Below, piece by piece: positions 1-8,385 of a DNA stretch of 64,000 nt. Positions within the stretch are counted from its first letter, which is position 1. Each line of letters begins with the position of its first letter. The notes under the pieces are model-generated. The model saw nothing but the letters and a program-made list of their open reading frames with translations. It did not search any database and was not told where the DNA came from. Made by a program: the position numbers and the translations under genes. The stretch comes from Candidatus Doudnabacteria bacterium RIFCSPHIGHO2_02_FULL_42_25 (GTDB taxonomy: Bacteria; Patescibacteriota; Doudnabacteria; UBA920; O2-02-FULL-48-8): NCBI GenBank assembly GCA_001777665.1, contig MFEQ01000006.1, positions 128,880-192,879 on the forward strand, in the 5' to 3' direction.

Positions 1-432
1 AAAACACATCCGAGGAACTAAATATTTATCAGCTTGACGCCAGACAGTTTCTGATTGAGGCTCGACTCCCATTTTGCCGTCAAATACTACCACTGCTCCG
101 TCCAATACGCGTAGGGATCGTTCAACTTCAACAGTGAAGTCCACGTGACCTGGAGTATCAATGATGTTGATGCGATGAGTATCTTCTGCTTTTGCTCCAC
201 TCTGGAGAGTCTTAGACCAAAAAGAAGTTGTCGCAGCCGCAGTAATTGTGATTCCGCGTTCACGTTCTTGTTCCATCCAGTCCATGGCAGTGTTACCTTC
301 GTGGACCGCACCAATTTTATGAATTTTTCCTGAGTAATACAAAATCGACTCGGTAGTGGTGGTCTTACCGGCATCGATATGGGCTATGATCCCAATGTTT
401 CTGGTTTTTTCTAAAGAATATTCTCTTGGCAT
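1..432 (-). CDS. fusA: Elongation factor G, 5' part (runs off window edge)
   Basis: Manual translation from ATG 432: [26 protein letters not shown]...ERGITI...[10 protein letters not shown]...LRVLDGAV; follows rpsL-rpsG. Not in ORF track because it is truncated. Confidence 0.97.
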   Translation of the reverse strand, partial: MPREYSLEKTRNIGIIAHIDAGKTTTTESILYYSGKIHKIGAVHEGNTAMDWMEQERERGITITAAATTSFWSKTLQSGAKAEDTHRINIIDTPGHVDFTVEVERSLRVLDGAVVVFDGKMGVEPQSETVWRQADKYLVPRMCF

Positions 433-486
433 AAATAGGTCGTATAAGTCTTATAAGTCCTATTGGACCTATTAGACCTATTTTAC

Positions 487-972
487 TTATCGTCTCTGGA
501 ATCGTGCAAAATGAGCAAAGGCTTTGTTAGCTTCTGCCATTTTGTGGACATCTTCTCGTTTCTTTATAGCAGCACCCAATTTGTTGTAGGCTTCCATCAA
601 CTCGGCAGCTAATTTAAAAGCCATGGGTTTGCCTTTTTTATTTCGGGCAGCATCAATAATCCATTTCATACCGAGGGAAGTTTTTCGTGGTTCCTGGACT
701 TCCATCGGGACCTGATAGTTCGCTCCACCAATTCTTCGTCCTTTGACTTCGAGGATCGGTGATACATTTCGGATCGCTTGTTCAAATACTGCTTTCGGAT
801 CAGTCTTCATTTCTTTTTCAATTTGATCAAACGCACCATAAACAAGTTTGGTGGCGACAGTTTTTTTACCGCGCTCCATGATGTAATTTATAAATTTGCC
901 GATTTTAATACTATTGTATTTGTAATCAGCAGCTGCTGGATGTTTTTTATATGACTTAGCTTTACGTGGCAT
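487..972 (-). CDS. rpsG: 30S ribosomal protein S7
   Basis: RRIGGANYQVP, HKMAEANKAFAH; str operon order. Confidence 0.98.
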   Translation of the reverse strand: MPRKAKSYKKHPAAADYKYNSIKIGKFINYIMERGKKTVATKLVYGAFDQIEKEMKTDPKAVFEQAIRNVSPILEVKGRRIGGANYQVPMEVQEPRKTSLGMKWIIDAARNKKGKPMAFKLAAELMEAYNKLGAAIKKREDVHKMAEANKAFAHFARFQRR

Positions 973-974
973 AT

Positions 975-1391
975 TTATTCTCCTCTTTTCGCACCATATT
1001 TACTTCGACCGCGTCGGCGACCTTCAACTCCGCCAGCATCTAATTTGCCGCGGACAATGTGATAACGCACACCCGGCAAATCTTTGACCCTACCGCCACG
1101 AATCATGACCACACTGTGTTCTTGTAAGTTATGTCCGATACCCGGGATGTAGGCTGTGACTTCCATACCATTGGATAGACGGACCCTGGCGATTTTACGC
1201 AACGCAGAGTTTGGTTTTTTCGGAGTCTGTGTCGAAACTTTGATGCAGACACCACGAAGAAATGGGCGACCCTTGGATACATAATAAGGACGGCCTTCCA
1301 ATAGGTTAAATCCACGGTGCAGAGCCGGGGCTTTGAGTTTTGAGGATAATTTAGTTCGTCCTTTACGGACGAGTTGATTGATTGTAGGCAT
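975..1391 (-). CDS. rpsL: 30S ribosomal protein S12
   Basis: [23 protein letters not shown]. Confidence 0.99.
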   Translation of the reverse strand: MPTINQLVRKGRTKLSSKLKAPALHRGFNLLEGRPYYVSKGRPFLRGVCIKVSTQTPKKPNSALRKIARVRLSNGMEVTAYIPGIGHNLQEHSVVMIRGGRVKDLPGVRYHIVRGKLDAGGVEGRRRGRSKYGAKRGE

Positions 1392-1574
1392 AATTTACGG
1401 ATTTACGAATTGTTACGGACATACGGATGGAGGAACAGGCGTCTTTCGTAAAACTTAACAAATTTAAAGCGGTCTTTTGACCGCGTGCAACTCTAACGCA
1501 GTAAATTAAAGATTTTTTAATAAATTAAGTTTACTGGCAAATATTAACAGGAATCCGAGTATATGTCAACCCCG

Positions 1575-2207
1575 TTAAAAACCCAGCCTTACTCCGCTCC
1601 CGACGAAAAATTCCAAGAAATATTTTACTGGCGGAAAAATTAGTAACTGGACTAAACCAGTATACAAAAATAATATTAGGATAAAAAATCCATAACGCTC
1701 AAGTTCTAGGAACGAATGCATCCAGTTATGATTGATATAACCTAAGATACTTGCGAGAACTTTGGAACCATCCAATGGTGGAATTGGAACTAAATTAAAA
1801 AAACATAAAACTAAATTCAAAATTATGGTTTGGAGCAACAAATATTCTCCCATATCCGATAGATTGGGTGTCAGACGGTAAACTACAGCTGCCAGCAATG
1901 CCAATACAAAATTCGTAGCAACACCAGCCAGAGACACCAAAATCATATCTCGACGGACATTGCGAAAGTTCCTGTAATCCACAGGGACAGGTTTGGCTGA
2001 ACCAAAAATTATCGGGGATCCTATAAAAAGTAAAAAGCCAGGAAGTAAAATTGATCCAAATAAATCGATATGCGGGATGGGGTTAAGCGTCAGTCTACCC
2101 GCAAATCGAGCAGTTGGATCCCCCAACCTTTCGGCCATGATTCCATGTGCCACTTCATGAAAGATCACCGAAAACAACAAAATGATGATAAAAATAAGAA
2201 TTTCCAT
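1575..2207 (-). CDS. Site-2 protease (M50) family membrane metalloprotease
   Basis: HEVAH and NLVPIPPLDG motifs, hydrophobic segments. Confidence 0.92.
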   Translation of the reverse strand: MEILIFIIILLFSVIFHEVAHGIMAERLGDPTARFAGRLTLNPIPHIDLFGSILLPGFLLFIGSPIIFGSAKPVPVDYRNFRNVRRDMILVSLAGVATNFVLALLAAVVYRLTPNLSDMGEYLLLQTIILNLVLCFFNLVPIPPLDGSKVLASILGYINHNWMHSFLELERYGFFILILFLYTGLVQLLIFPPVKYFLEFFVGSGVRLGF

Positions 2208-2313
2208 ACAGGGTTGACCCCGTTAGAAGTTAATCAAATTGGCCAACTTCTAACGGGGTTGACCAAATCAGCAGATTATGCTAAACTTTTTTGGTACATT
2301 AATTGTATCACAT

Positions 2314-2496
2314 ATGAGAAAATGTCAGATCTGTGGCAAAGGCTACCTCAATACTTTTACTCGATCTCACTCGATGCGTAAGACTAAAGTTCGACTCTAC
2401 CCGAATCTTCAATGGTTGAAAATCGAACACGGACGGATCAAAGCTTGTACCAAGTGTATCAAGACTCGAAGTAAAAAGATGGCTCTCGCCGTTTAA
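2314..2496 (+). CDS. rpmB: 50S ribosomal protein L28 (zinc-binding type)
   Basis: MRKCQICGKG...RSHS...PNLQ...CTKC; start moved to ATG 2314. Confidence 0.9.
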   Translation: MRKCQICGKGYLNTFTRSHSMRKTKVRLYPNLQWLKIEHGRIKACTKCIKTRSKKMALAV

Positions 2497-2527
2497 AAAT
2501 CCCTGATGGATCAATCAGGGATTTTTA

Positions 2528-2911
2528 TTATTGCAACTGACTCGTACAATGTGGGCAACGGGTCGATTGTTTAGGGATATCAGTGAAACAAAACGGACAC
2601 TCTTTGGTTTTCCCTTCTTCCTTCGATCGAAACCGATTGATTTGCTTGACCAAAATAAATACCGCAAACGCGACCACTAAAAAATTAATAACTGCATTAA
2701 TAAATGATCCGATGCGCAGGACTCCCGGACCTGGCAGGCCGATCGAAATATTTCGAAATTCTACTAAACCAGTAAAAATGTTTAAGACCGGAGTGAATAT
2801 ATCATTGACTATCGAATTCACAACCGTGGTAAATGCAGCACCAATCACAACTCCTACTGCGAGATCAAGTGCGTTACCTCTAATAGCAAACTTTTTAAAT
2901 TCTTGAAACAT
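2528..2911 (-). CDS. mscL: Large-conductance mechanosensitive channel with C-terminal CxxC-CxxC tail
   Basis: EFKKFAIRGNALDLAVGVVIGAAF. Confidence 0.95.
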   Translation of the reverse strand: MFQEFKKFAIRGNALDLAVGVVIGAAFTTVVNSIVNDIFTPVLNIFTGLVEFRNISIGLPGPGVLRIGSFINAVINFLVVAFAVFILVKQINRFRSKEEGKTKECPFCFTDIPKQSTRCPHCTSQLQ

Positions 2912-2993
2912 ATTATTTTATAGCTCCGTTTTTTTATGCTGCTTAATTGATTCTTCGCCGATGGTCATTGATTTATTGTACCACAAACCCTAA

Positions 2994-3061
2994 CCACCCC
3001 GGACTTGATCCGGGGTCCATGAAGTGGATCCCGGATCGCCCGTTGTGGCGTCCGGGATGGG
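2994..3061. repeat. REP-like paired palindrome; a related half-copy lies at ~4918-4950
   Basis: ccccggacttgatccgggg...ggatcccgga...tccgggat hairpins. Confidence 0.6.
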
Positions 3062-3062
3062 G

Positions 3063-4001
3063 TTAAACCGTCCGGGCTTCTGCTTCAACCACTTTCTCGC
3101 TGATTTCTGTTTCGTTGACAATCGTGAGACGAGTAATGGCAAATAACAATATCAAACCTCCGACGATTTGCATGCCCGACAATGTCGCACCCAAAAAAAT
3201 CCAGTTCACGAGTACAGCAGCCAGAGGAAAAGCCAATTCACACAAAGTCGCGACAGATGCTTTCGTCGATTTCAAACCATAGTAATAAATAAGCAGTGAT
3301 ACAAATCCAGCTATAATCGCTGTCATGAACACATAAAACCAATCTTTTGATGATGCAGTCGTGATCTGATTTAAAGTACCATAGTAAATGTTCATGAAAA
3401 ACAAAAATATTAGCGCTGATATAAATCTCAAACTCGTCATCATCTGGAAACTAGCTTTGCGCAAAACATAACGTCCAAACACGGTAGATCCACCCCAGAA
3501 AAATGCTGCACCGAGAGCCAAGACAACACCAATCATGTTTGAATCCCAGGTAAATCCTGTTGGCTTCAAATTTGGGAAAGAAATTACGTATGCCCCAAAA
3601 ATTGCGACTATTGCCCACATCCAAAAATTCTTGGACAATCTTTCACCCAAAACAAAAGTTGCTAACCCAATGGCAATCAAGGGCTGCAATTTTTGAAGGA
3701 GAATCGCAACTGTCGGGTTTAGATAATGAAAACTTTGTGTAAATAAAACAGTAGCCAGTGCCGAACCTCCGAAACCGATAAATAATACCGAGACCCATTC
3801 GCGCCCAGATAAATTTTTCAGTTCAGATACTCTCGGGATGAATAGAAATAATACCAAAACTGCAATCAAAATATGCTCCATCAAAACAATTGCAGTCGAA
3901 GACAAATCTGTAGTTAGAAATTTCCGAAACGGAGCATCTATCGCCCAAAGCACTGCGGCCAGAGTCACAAACCAAGGACCCATATTATTTAATTTATTCA
4001 T
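3063..4001 (-). CDS. EamA/DMT family transporter, probable riboflavin importer (RibN-like)
   Basis: ~10 TM two-repeat DMT pattern; directly downstream of FMN riboswitch. Confidence 0.85.
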   Translation of the reverse strand: MNKLNNMGPWFVTLAAVLWAIDAPFRKFLTTDLSSTAIVLMEHILIAVLVLFLFIPRVSELKNLSGREWVSVLFIGFGGSALATVLFTQSFHYLNPTVAILLQKLQPLIAIGLATFVLGERLSKNFWMWAIVAIFGAYVISFPNLKPTGFTWDSNMIGVVLALGAAFFWGGSTVFGRYVLRKASFQMMTSLRFISALIFLFFMNIYYGTLNQITTASSKDWFYVFMTAIIAGFVSLLIYYYGLKSTKASVATLCELAFPLAAVLVNWIFLGATLSGMQIVGGLILLFAITRLTIVNETEISEKVVEAEARTV

Positions 4002-4031
4002 AAAAAATAAAATGCCTTATTTCAGGGCATT
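4002..4031 (-). terminator. Riboswitch expression-platform terminator
   Basis: aatgccctgaaataaggcatt hairpin plus U-rich tract just before the ATG; gccctgaa is complementary to the aptamer 5' ttcagggc (antiterminator option). Confidence 0.7.
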
Positions 4032-4044
4032 GGCAAAAAACACA

Positions 4045-4158
4045 AGCCTTCTTTCATCCAGACTATACTGTCGCCCCCGGAATTACACCGGATCATGTCC
4101 CGAATCGGGACTCGCGGGGTTTACCGCCGGTGGGGACATTCTCCCCGCCCTGAAGGTT
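4045..4158 (-). ncRNA. FMN (RFN) riboswitch
   Basis: Minus strand reads ttcagggcgggg...ccccaccggcggt...cccgcga...gatccggtgtaattccg...cgacagtatagtctggatgaaagaag, matching RFN consensus blocks. Confidence 0.93.
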
Positions 4159-4238
4159 ACTTATTGCTTTTATTATATTTAGTAAATAGTAATTAGTAAA
4201 GAGTAATAAGAATTCTAGCTCTTATTACTAATTACTTC

Positions 4239-4589
4239 TTACTTATTACTCTTAAAGAACTCTCGAGCCATCTTTTCGTCTTCTTTCATCTGCTCTATCA
4301 ACTCTTCTTTGGTTTTGAATTTTATACTCGGCCGTGTTTTTTTGATCAGCTCCACTTCTAGCTCTCGATCATATAAGTTGCCTTCAAAGTCCAAAATATA
4401 CACTTCCACTTTCTGCTTTATTTCTCCAAAAGTTTCTGCGGCCCCGACAAAAACCAAAGAGGGTTTAGTATCGGCCAGCCCGAAATACAATCCGTTCTCA
4501 ATTTCGACAGGAATTTTTAAATTCGCTGTCGGAAAACCCATCTCTTTTCCCCGCCCTTTACCTTTTAACACTTTGCCTTTAAATTTCAT
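4239..4589 (-). CDS. Monofunctional riboflavin kinase (RibF C-terminal domain only)
   Basis: GRGKEMGFPTAN, EVYILDFEGNLYD, ELIEQMKED. Confidence 0.88.
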   Translation of the reverse strand: MKFKGKVLKGKGRGKEMGFPTANLKIPVEIENGLYFGLADTKPSLVFVGAAETFGEIKQKVEVYILDFEGNLYDRELEVELIKKTRPSIKFKTKEELIEQMKEDEKMAREFFKSNK

Positions 4590-4896
4590 GGAGCTTTGTT
4601 ACATTAATTACGGGTTCCTCGTATGGATGCGCCGCTCTGACTCTCTCAATTAAATCTTTAAGATATGCCTCACCGACCACTGTTTCAATCCGCTCTTCTT
4701 CAACTTCTTCCAGCTTCCCGACTTCTCCAATTGTAGGGTTTGCTCCAGCTAGCGGTCGAAATCGTCCGACACCGCGCACAGAAAATGAACAAAAATCATA
4801 ATTCCCGATTTTACCACCACCCGCTTCTCCCATGACTTGCCGAATCTTATCAGCTTCCTCCACTGGAACATAAACGATAACTTTGTACTTACTCAT
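4579..4896 (-). CDS. YqfO/NIF3-insert-like PII-fold protein
   Basis: GKIGNYDFCSF...GRFRPLAGANPTIG...HPYEEP. Confidence 0.8.
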   Translation of the reverse strand: MSKYKVIVYVPVEEADKIRQVMGEAGGGKIGNYDFCSFSVRGVGRFRPLAGANPTIGEVGKLEEVEEERIETVVGEAYLKDLIERVRAAHPYEEPVINVTKLHEI

Positions 4897-4967
4897 TTGT
4901 GCAATTCTCCGTTAACCCATCCCGGACACCACGAAGGGTGATCCGGGATCTATTACATCAATTAATA

Positions 4968-5381
4968 CTAATTGTTTCTCTTCTTTCTCATTATACTGCT
5001 CTTAAACCTATCTGGTCTAAACGCCTTCAGTCTCACCACTTTAGTCTTTAATCCATTTCTATGCAATTGAACCTTCAAATTTTTTATGTAGTCTCGTTGG
5101 TCGTAGCCTAATGCTATAACGTCTGGCTTTTCTTTTTGAATATGATCCATCGGATTTTTTAATGCTCCCAGTATTACTTTTTTGGCAATTTTCAAATCTT
5201 TCACATGCTTCAATCGTAACTTTTCACTAAAGACCGGACTAAATCCTTTTGTCTTTTTGACATTCACGTCTCGCGCTATTGAAACAATCAAATAATTTCC
5301 AAGCTTCTTCGCTTGTTTCAAAAATGAAATATGACCAGGATGTAATAAATCAAAAACCCCAAACACCATTACCTTTTTCAT
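4968..5381 (-). CDS. Cytidylyltransferase-like protein, probable FAD synthetase (RibL-like)
   Basis: FGVFDLLHPGH (HxGH), PDVIALGYDQ; flavin gene context. Confidence 0.8.
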   Translation of the reverse strand: MKKVMVFGVFDLLHPGHISFLKQAKKLGNYLIVSIARDVNVKKTKGFSPVFSEKLRLKHVKDLKIAKKVILGALKNPMDHIQKEKPDVIALGYDQRDYIKNLKVQLHRNGLKTKVVRLKAFRPDRFKSSIMRKKRNN

Positions 5382-5382
5382 C

Positions 5383-5410
5383 TTGACAAGTCTCCAAAAT
5401 CTGTTATAAT
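5383..5410 (+). promoter_or_regulatory. Consensus sigma70 promoter with no ORF downstream on +
   Basis: TTGACA 5383-5388, 16 bp spacer, TGn-TATAAT 5405-5410. Confidence 0.75.
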
Positions 5411-5416
5411 AGTATC

Positions 5417-5472
5417 AATCACGATGAGCGGGCACACCTAAGGTTCGTCCGAAGGTTACTCCCGCTCTTTTA
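5417..5472 (+). ncRNA. Putative small structured RNA antisense to the NYN gene 3' end
   Basis: Begins after the consensus promoter; GAGCGGG...CCCGCTC-TTTT closing stem with inner ACCT/AGGT pairing. Confidence 0.5.
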
Positions 5473-5950
5473 ATTTGCTTAGCTTATTTTCTAAATTTGA
5501 AACAAAAATAAAATATCTTCGAAACCTTCTTAGCAGAGCCGAGAATTTTCTCGAATTTGGTATGAATAATTTTAATAGTTTTTCCTGCTTCTCTAAATAT
5601 TCAATTAAACAGTGGAAATCGCCATCACCAGTAACAATAATTGCCTTATCATAATTAGGGTATTCAATCATAGAGTGAAGAACTAGCTCAGCATCAACAT
5701 TTCCTTTCGTGAATCTTTCACCTTCCTTTTTGTATTCCAAAGTTGGCTTGAAAACTAACACGTATCCAATTTTTTGCAAATAAGTATACAGTGCTTCGTT
5801 CCCAGCAACGTATCCTATAAATAAAAAGGTTTTGCTGACTTTATATTTATCTTTTAAATAAATGAAAAATCTACTGAAATCCAAGGTCCAGCCGCTATCT
5901 TTAATTGCTAAATTTAAATTTTGACTATCAATGAACGCGTAGATTTTCAT
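5456..5950 (-). CDS. NYN (LabA/DUF88, PIN-like) domain nuclease
   Basis: FIDSQN...KGNVDAEL...VTGDGDF acidic motifs. Confidence 0.9.
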   Translation of the reverse strand: MKIYAFIDSQNLNLAIKDSGWTLDFSRFFIYLKDKYKVSKTFLFIGYVAGNEALYTYLQKIGYVLVFKPTLEYKKEGERFTKGNVDAELVLHSMIEYPNYDKAIIVTGDGDFHCLIEYLEKQEKLLKLFIPNSRKFSALLRRFRRYFIFVSNLENKLSKLKERE

Positions 5951-6080
5951 ATACTCTTTTTACGCTTTCAAATTCTCGTAAGGATACTATTTCTTTTGCT
6001 TTCCAACGCAAACTCCAACCCATTTTATTTGGCTTACATAAAGCACAGGAATGTTTTTTGATTTTATACCGCTTCCGCAT
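5928..6080 (-). CDS. Small basic CxxC protein (50 aa) overlapping the NYN start
   Basis: Manual translation MRKRYKIKKHSCALCKPNKMGWSLRWKAKEIVSLREFESVKRVYENLRVH. Confidence 0.55.
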   Translation of the reverse strand: MRKRYKIKKHSCALCKPNKMGWSLRWKAKEIVSLREFESVKRVYENLRVH

Positions 6081-6172
6081 TAATTAACTATAGACAATTA
6101 TCCAACAACAATCAACACTTTTAGAAATTAGGTCCAATTAGCCTGCCCGCCAAAGCTTCAGCGACGACGGGA

Positions 6173-6229
6173 TTAATTAGAAATTTTTCTTACTATCCCC
6201 TTATTCGCATCGACTTCGATCAGATCACG
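6173..6229 (-). pseudogene. 3' remnant of a ninth phospho-His swivel-domain gene
   Basis: Translates RDLIEVDANKGIVRKISN*, matching array C-termini (e.g. DRVEVDANKGIVRKIK); upstream part absent. Confidence 0.8.
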
Positions 6230-6249
6230 TGTTTTAGAAGGGCTTAGTA

Positions 6250-6278
6250 TTGACAAAAGTACGAAAATAAGCTATCAT
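6250..6278 (+). promoter_or_regulatory. sigma70 promoter of cassette gene 6371
   Basis: TTGACA-17bp-TATCAT. Confidence 0.75.
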
Positions 6279-6370
6279 ATTTAGTTCATATTGCACATTC
6301 CAAATTTCGGCAACACTGGCAATCATAGCAATTCAGACATTCACACTTTTGCCTGGGAGGGCAAATTAGC

Positions 6371-6850
6371 ATGCTCAAGGCTTACATTGTCACACACGGT
6401 AAACGGTACGATGGTGCCAATCCTCGCATGACACCGGAAGGGTTCGCGAAAGTCGCGAGCCAGCGTTCCAAGCTTCCGGCTACACCCTCTGAAGTCGTCG
6501 TCGGAACGGGCGATCGGCATATCGAGGTTTGCGATGCGGTCGATCTCGAACCGACCCGATACTCGGCTGTCATCGGTGGTGCCGAAGCACTCGACTCCGT
6601 GAAGCACGACGGCGAGGATATGATCGTTCTGCCCGGTGGCAAGATGATTCCCTACCACATGGACACAACCGAGAAGGATTTGGGTCCGTCCATGAGAGCG
6701 CTTGTCCTCGGGCTGAAAGACGACGCGGTCTTGTGCTCGGGTCGTCTCAGTGTGATCGCCCTCGGGCTGACGCTCGAAGAATCGAAATCGGGTGTCGTCT
6801 ATCTCGTCGAGCACGACGGGGTACAGATCTTCACTATCAGTGAAGTCTAG
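6371..6850 (+). CDS. Degenerate histidine-phosphatase-fold protein (GC-rich)
   Basis: YIVTHG (RHG variant), MTPEG, GTGDRH; GGGAGG RBS; second catalytic His not evident. Confidence 0.6.
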   Translation: MLKAYIVTHGKRYDGANPRMTPEGFAKVASQRSKLPATPSEVVVGTGDRHIEVCDAVDLEPTRYSAVIGGAEALDSVKHDGEDMIVLPGGKMIPYHMDTTEKDLGPSMRALVLGLKDDAVLCSGRLSVIALGLTLEESKSGVVYLVEHDGVQIFTISEV

Positions 6851-6857
6851 CATGCAG

Positions 6858-6926
6858 AAAGGCGAGTTGGTTCAACCCCCGAGGATTTATATCCTCGACT
6901 GGTTGCCACTCGCCTTTTGCTTTTGT
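6858..6926. terminator. Bidirectional terminator-like hairpin, cassette family copy 1
   Basis: aaaggcgagt...actcgcctttt outer stem, cgaggat/atcctcg inner stem. Confidence 0.75.
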
Positions 6927-8384
6927 CTAAATTTTTTTGACTATTCCCTTGTTTGTATCTAACTCAACTAAATCTCCATCCTTAAAAATCGACGTTGCTA
7001 TTCTTGTTCCTATTATCGAACTGATGCCTAACTCACGGCTTACTATGGCCGCGTGACAAGTCAATCCACCTTCATCTGTCACAACAGCCGCGGCCTTACG
7101 CATTGCTGGCACGAAATCTGGTGAAGTCATTGCCGTCAAAAGAATTTCTCCTTTTTTCATTTTAGATGCTTCTGCAGCGGTTAACATTCTTCTAATCCTA
7201 CCTTTCAGTATAGATTTGCTACCGACGCTCCCCACGATCCCTTTCACTTCATTAGCTTTGCTGATCTTTTCTGTATATTTTGAAAGATGCTGTTTCGCTT
7301 TCTTTCCAATTATAACTTCCAATATTTTTCCATTTTTTGAATTTACAAAAATAACGTTGTTAATCCGTTTTCTGGCCAAATCTTTTAAAATATTCATTTT
7401 CTTTTTCTTTGTTAAAAGATTAATTTCAACCAAATCCAGATATTTTAATTCTTTTAAAGTTAGCTGAGTCTGCTTTGAAATATTTCTCAATAACAAATCT
7501 ACGGCATAGTGAATTCGGAAATGAACACTTTTTCTCTCGTCAGCAGTTGTGATAAGAGTCTGGACAGTATTAATCAATCTTCTATATTTATTTAACTCAT
7601 ATTCATTAATTGTATTTTTTTGTTCTTTGGCTAACTCAAAGTTTTCCAAAAGTATTTTATCAATTTTCGATTTCAACCATTTTTTGTTTTTAACTTCCAA
7701 TGATGTGAGCGTGTCCTCAAAATACTGATTGTCCCAGTATAATGGGCCATCGTAACCAAACGGAATCCATCCAAATTTATCAGATAAATTTCGAGCTAAT
7801 TTTTTCTTATTCTTTCCAGATTTGACGGCAAGAGCTGATTTGTAACGCGCAAGCTCCTCCTGAGTGGTTAAAGAAAGAGTTCTGGGAAGAAATAGTCGAA
7901 CAATTTTTACTCTAGGAATATTCAGTTTTTCCAATTCCAAATATAAATAGTCTTTTAAAGCTTCTGCTCCCACAAACCATGGCAAGGTGTTTATTCGATC
8001 ATATTTAAACCAAAGTTTTTGTAAATAAAACAAAGACTTGATAGATTTCGTTAATGTAAAATTTCCAGTTTTTAATTGTTCAAGAAATGTTAAGACGGCT
8101 TTTTCTAATGCTTGTCCTGTTTTTAACTGGTCCCTATGTATTCGAGAAAAGTAGTTCGGATGATGAATAAAATATCTTAATAAGTGTTGAGCTATTTTAT
8201 TCCACTCCTTTTGTTCATAAATCCAAATCCCCTTACCATCTTCAAAGAATAAGACATCGCAGTTAAATTTAATCCCGTGAATTTTTAGCATCTCGGGATG
8301 ATTTTTAGAAATAGTATTCCAGACCGAGGGGAGATAATCTATATTTCTCGCTCGAGGAATTAAATATCCTTTTTTGGGTAGCAT
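6927..8384 (-). CDS. Variable N-domain + PEP-utilising phospho-His swivel domain protein (long class)
   Basis: C-terminal MTSPDF...TDEGGLTCHAAIVSRELG...IGT...DGDLVELDTNKG. Confidence 0.9.
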   Translation of the reverse strand: MLPKKGYLIPRARNIDYLPSVWNTISKNHPEMLKIHGIKFNCDVLFFEDGKGIWIYEQKEWNKIAQHLLRYFIHHPNYFSRIHRDQLKTGQALEKAVLTFLEQLKTGNFTLTKSIKSLFYLQKLWFKYDRINTLPWFVGAEALKDYLYLELEKLNIPRVKIVRLFLPRTLSLTTQEELARYKSALAVKSGKNKKKLARNLSDKFGWIPFGYDGPLYWDNQYFEDTLTSLEVKNKKWLKSKIDKILLENFELAKEQKNTINEYELNKYRRLINTVQTLITTADERKSVHFRIHYAVDLLLRNISKQTQLTLKELKYLDLVEINLLTKKKKMNILKDLARKRINNVIFVNSKNGKILEVIIGKKAKQHLSKYTEKISKANEVKGIVGSVGSKSILKGRIRRMLTAAEASKMKKGEILLTAMTSPDFVPAMRKAAAVVTDEGGLTCHAAIVSRELGISSIIGTRIATSIFKDGDLVELDTNKGIVKKI

Positions 8385-8385
8385 A

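Noticed and set aside
87-374. 95-aa ORF in the track
   Set aside because: Off-frame shadow of fusA, which starts at 432 and runs off the window.
2528-2911. Zinc-ribbon tail on MscL as a novelty
   Set aside because: CPxC...CPxCTS tails are a familiar feature of many MscL homologs.
6341-6853. Minus-strand ORFs opposite the GC-rich genes (also 9811-10164, 16424-16780, 21167-21592 on +, 49516-50061, 45755-46393 on +)
   Set aside because: Antisense shadows; the opposite strand has the RBS, promoter or recognisable motifs.
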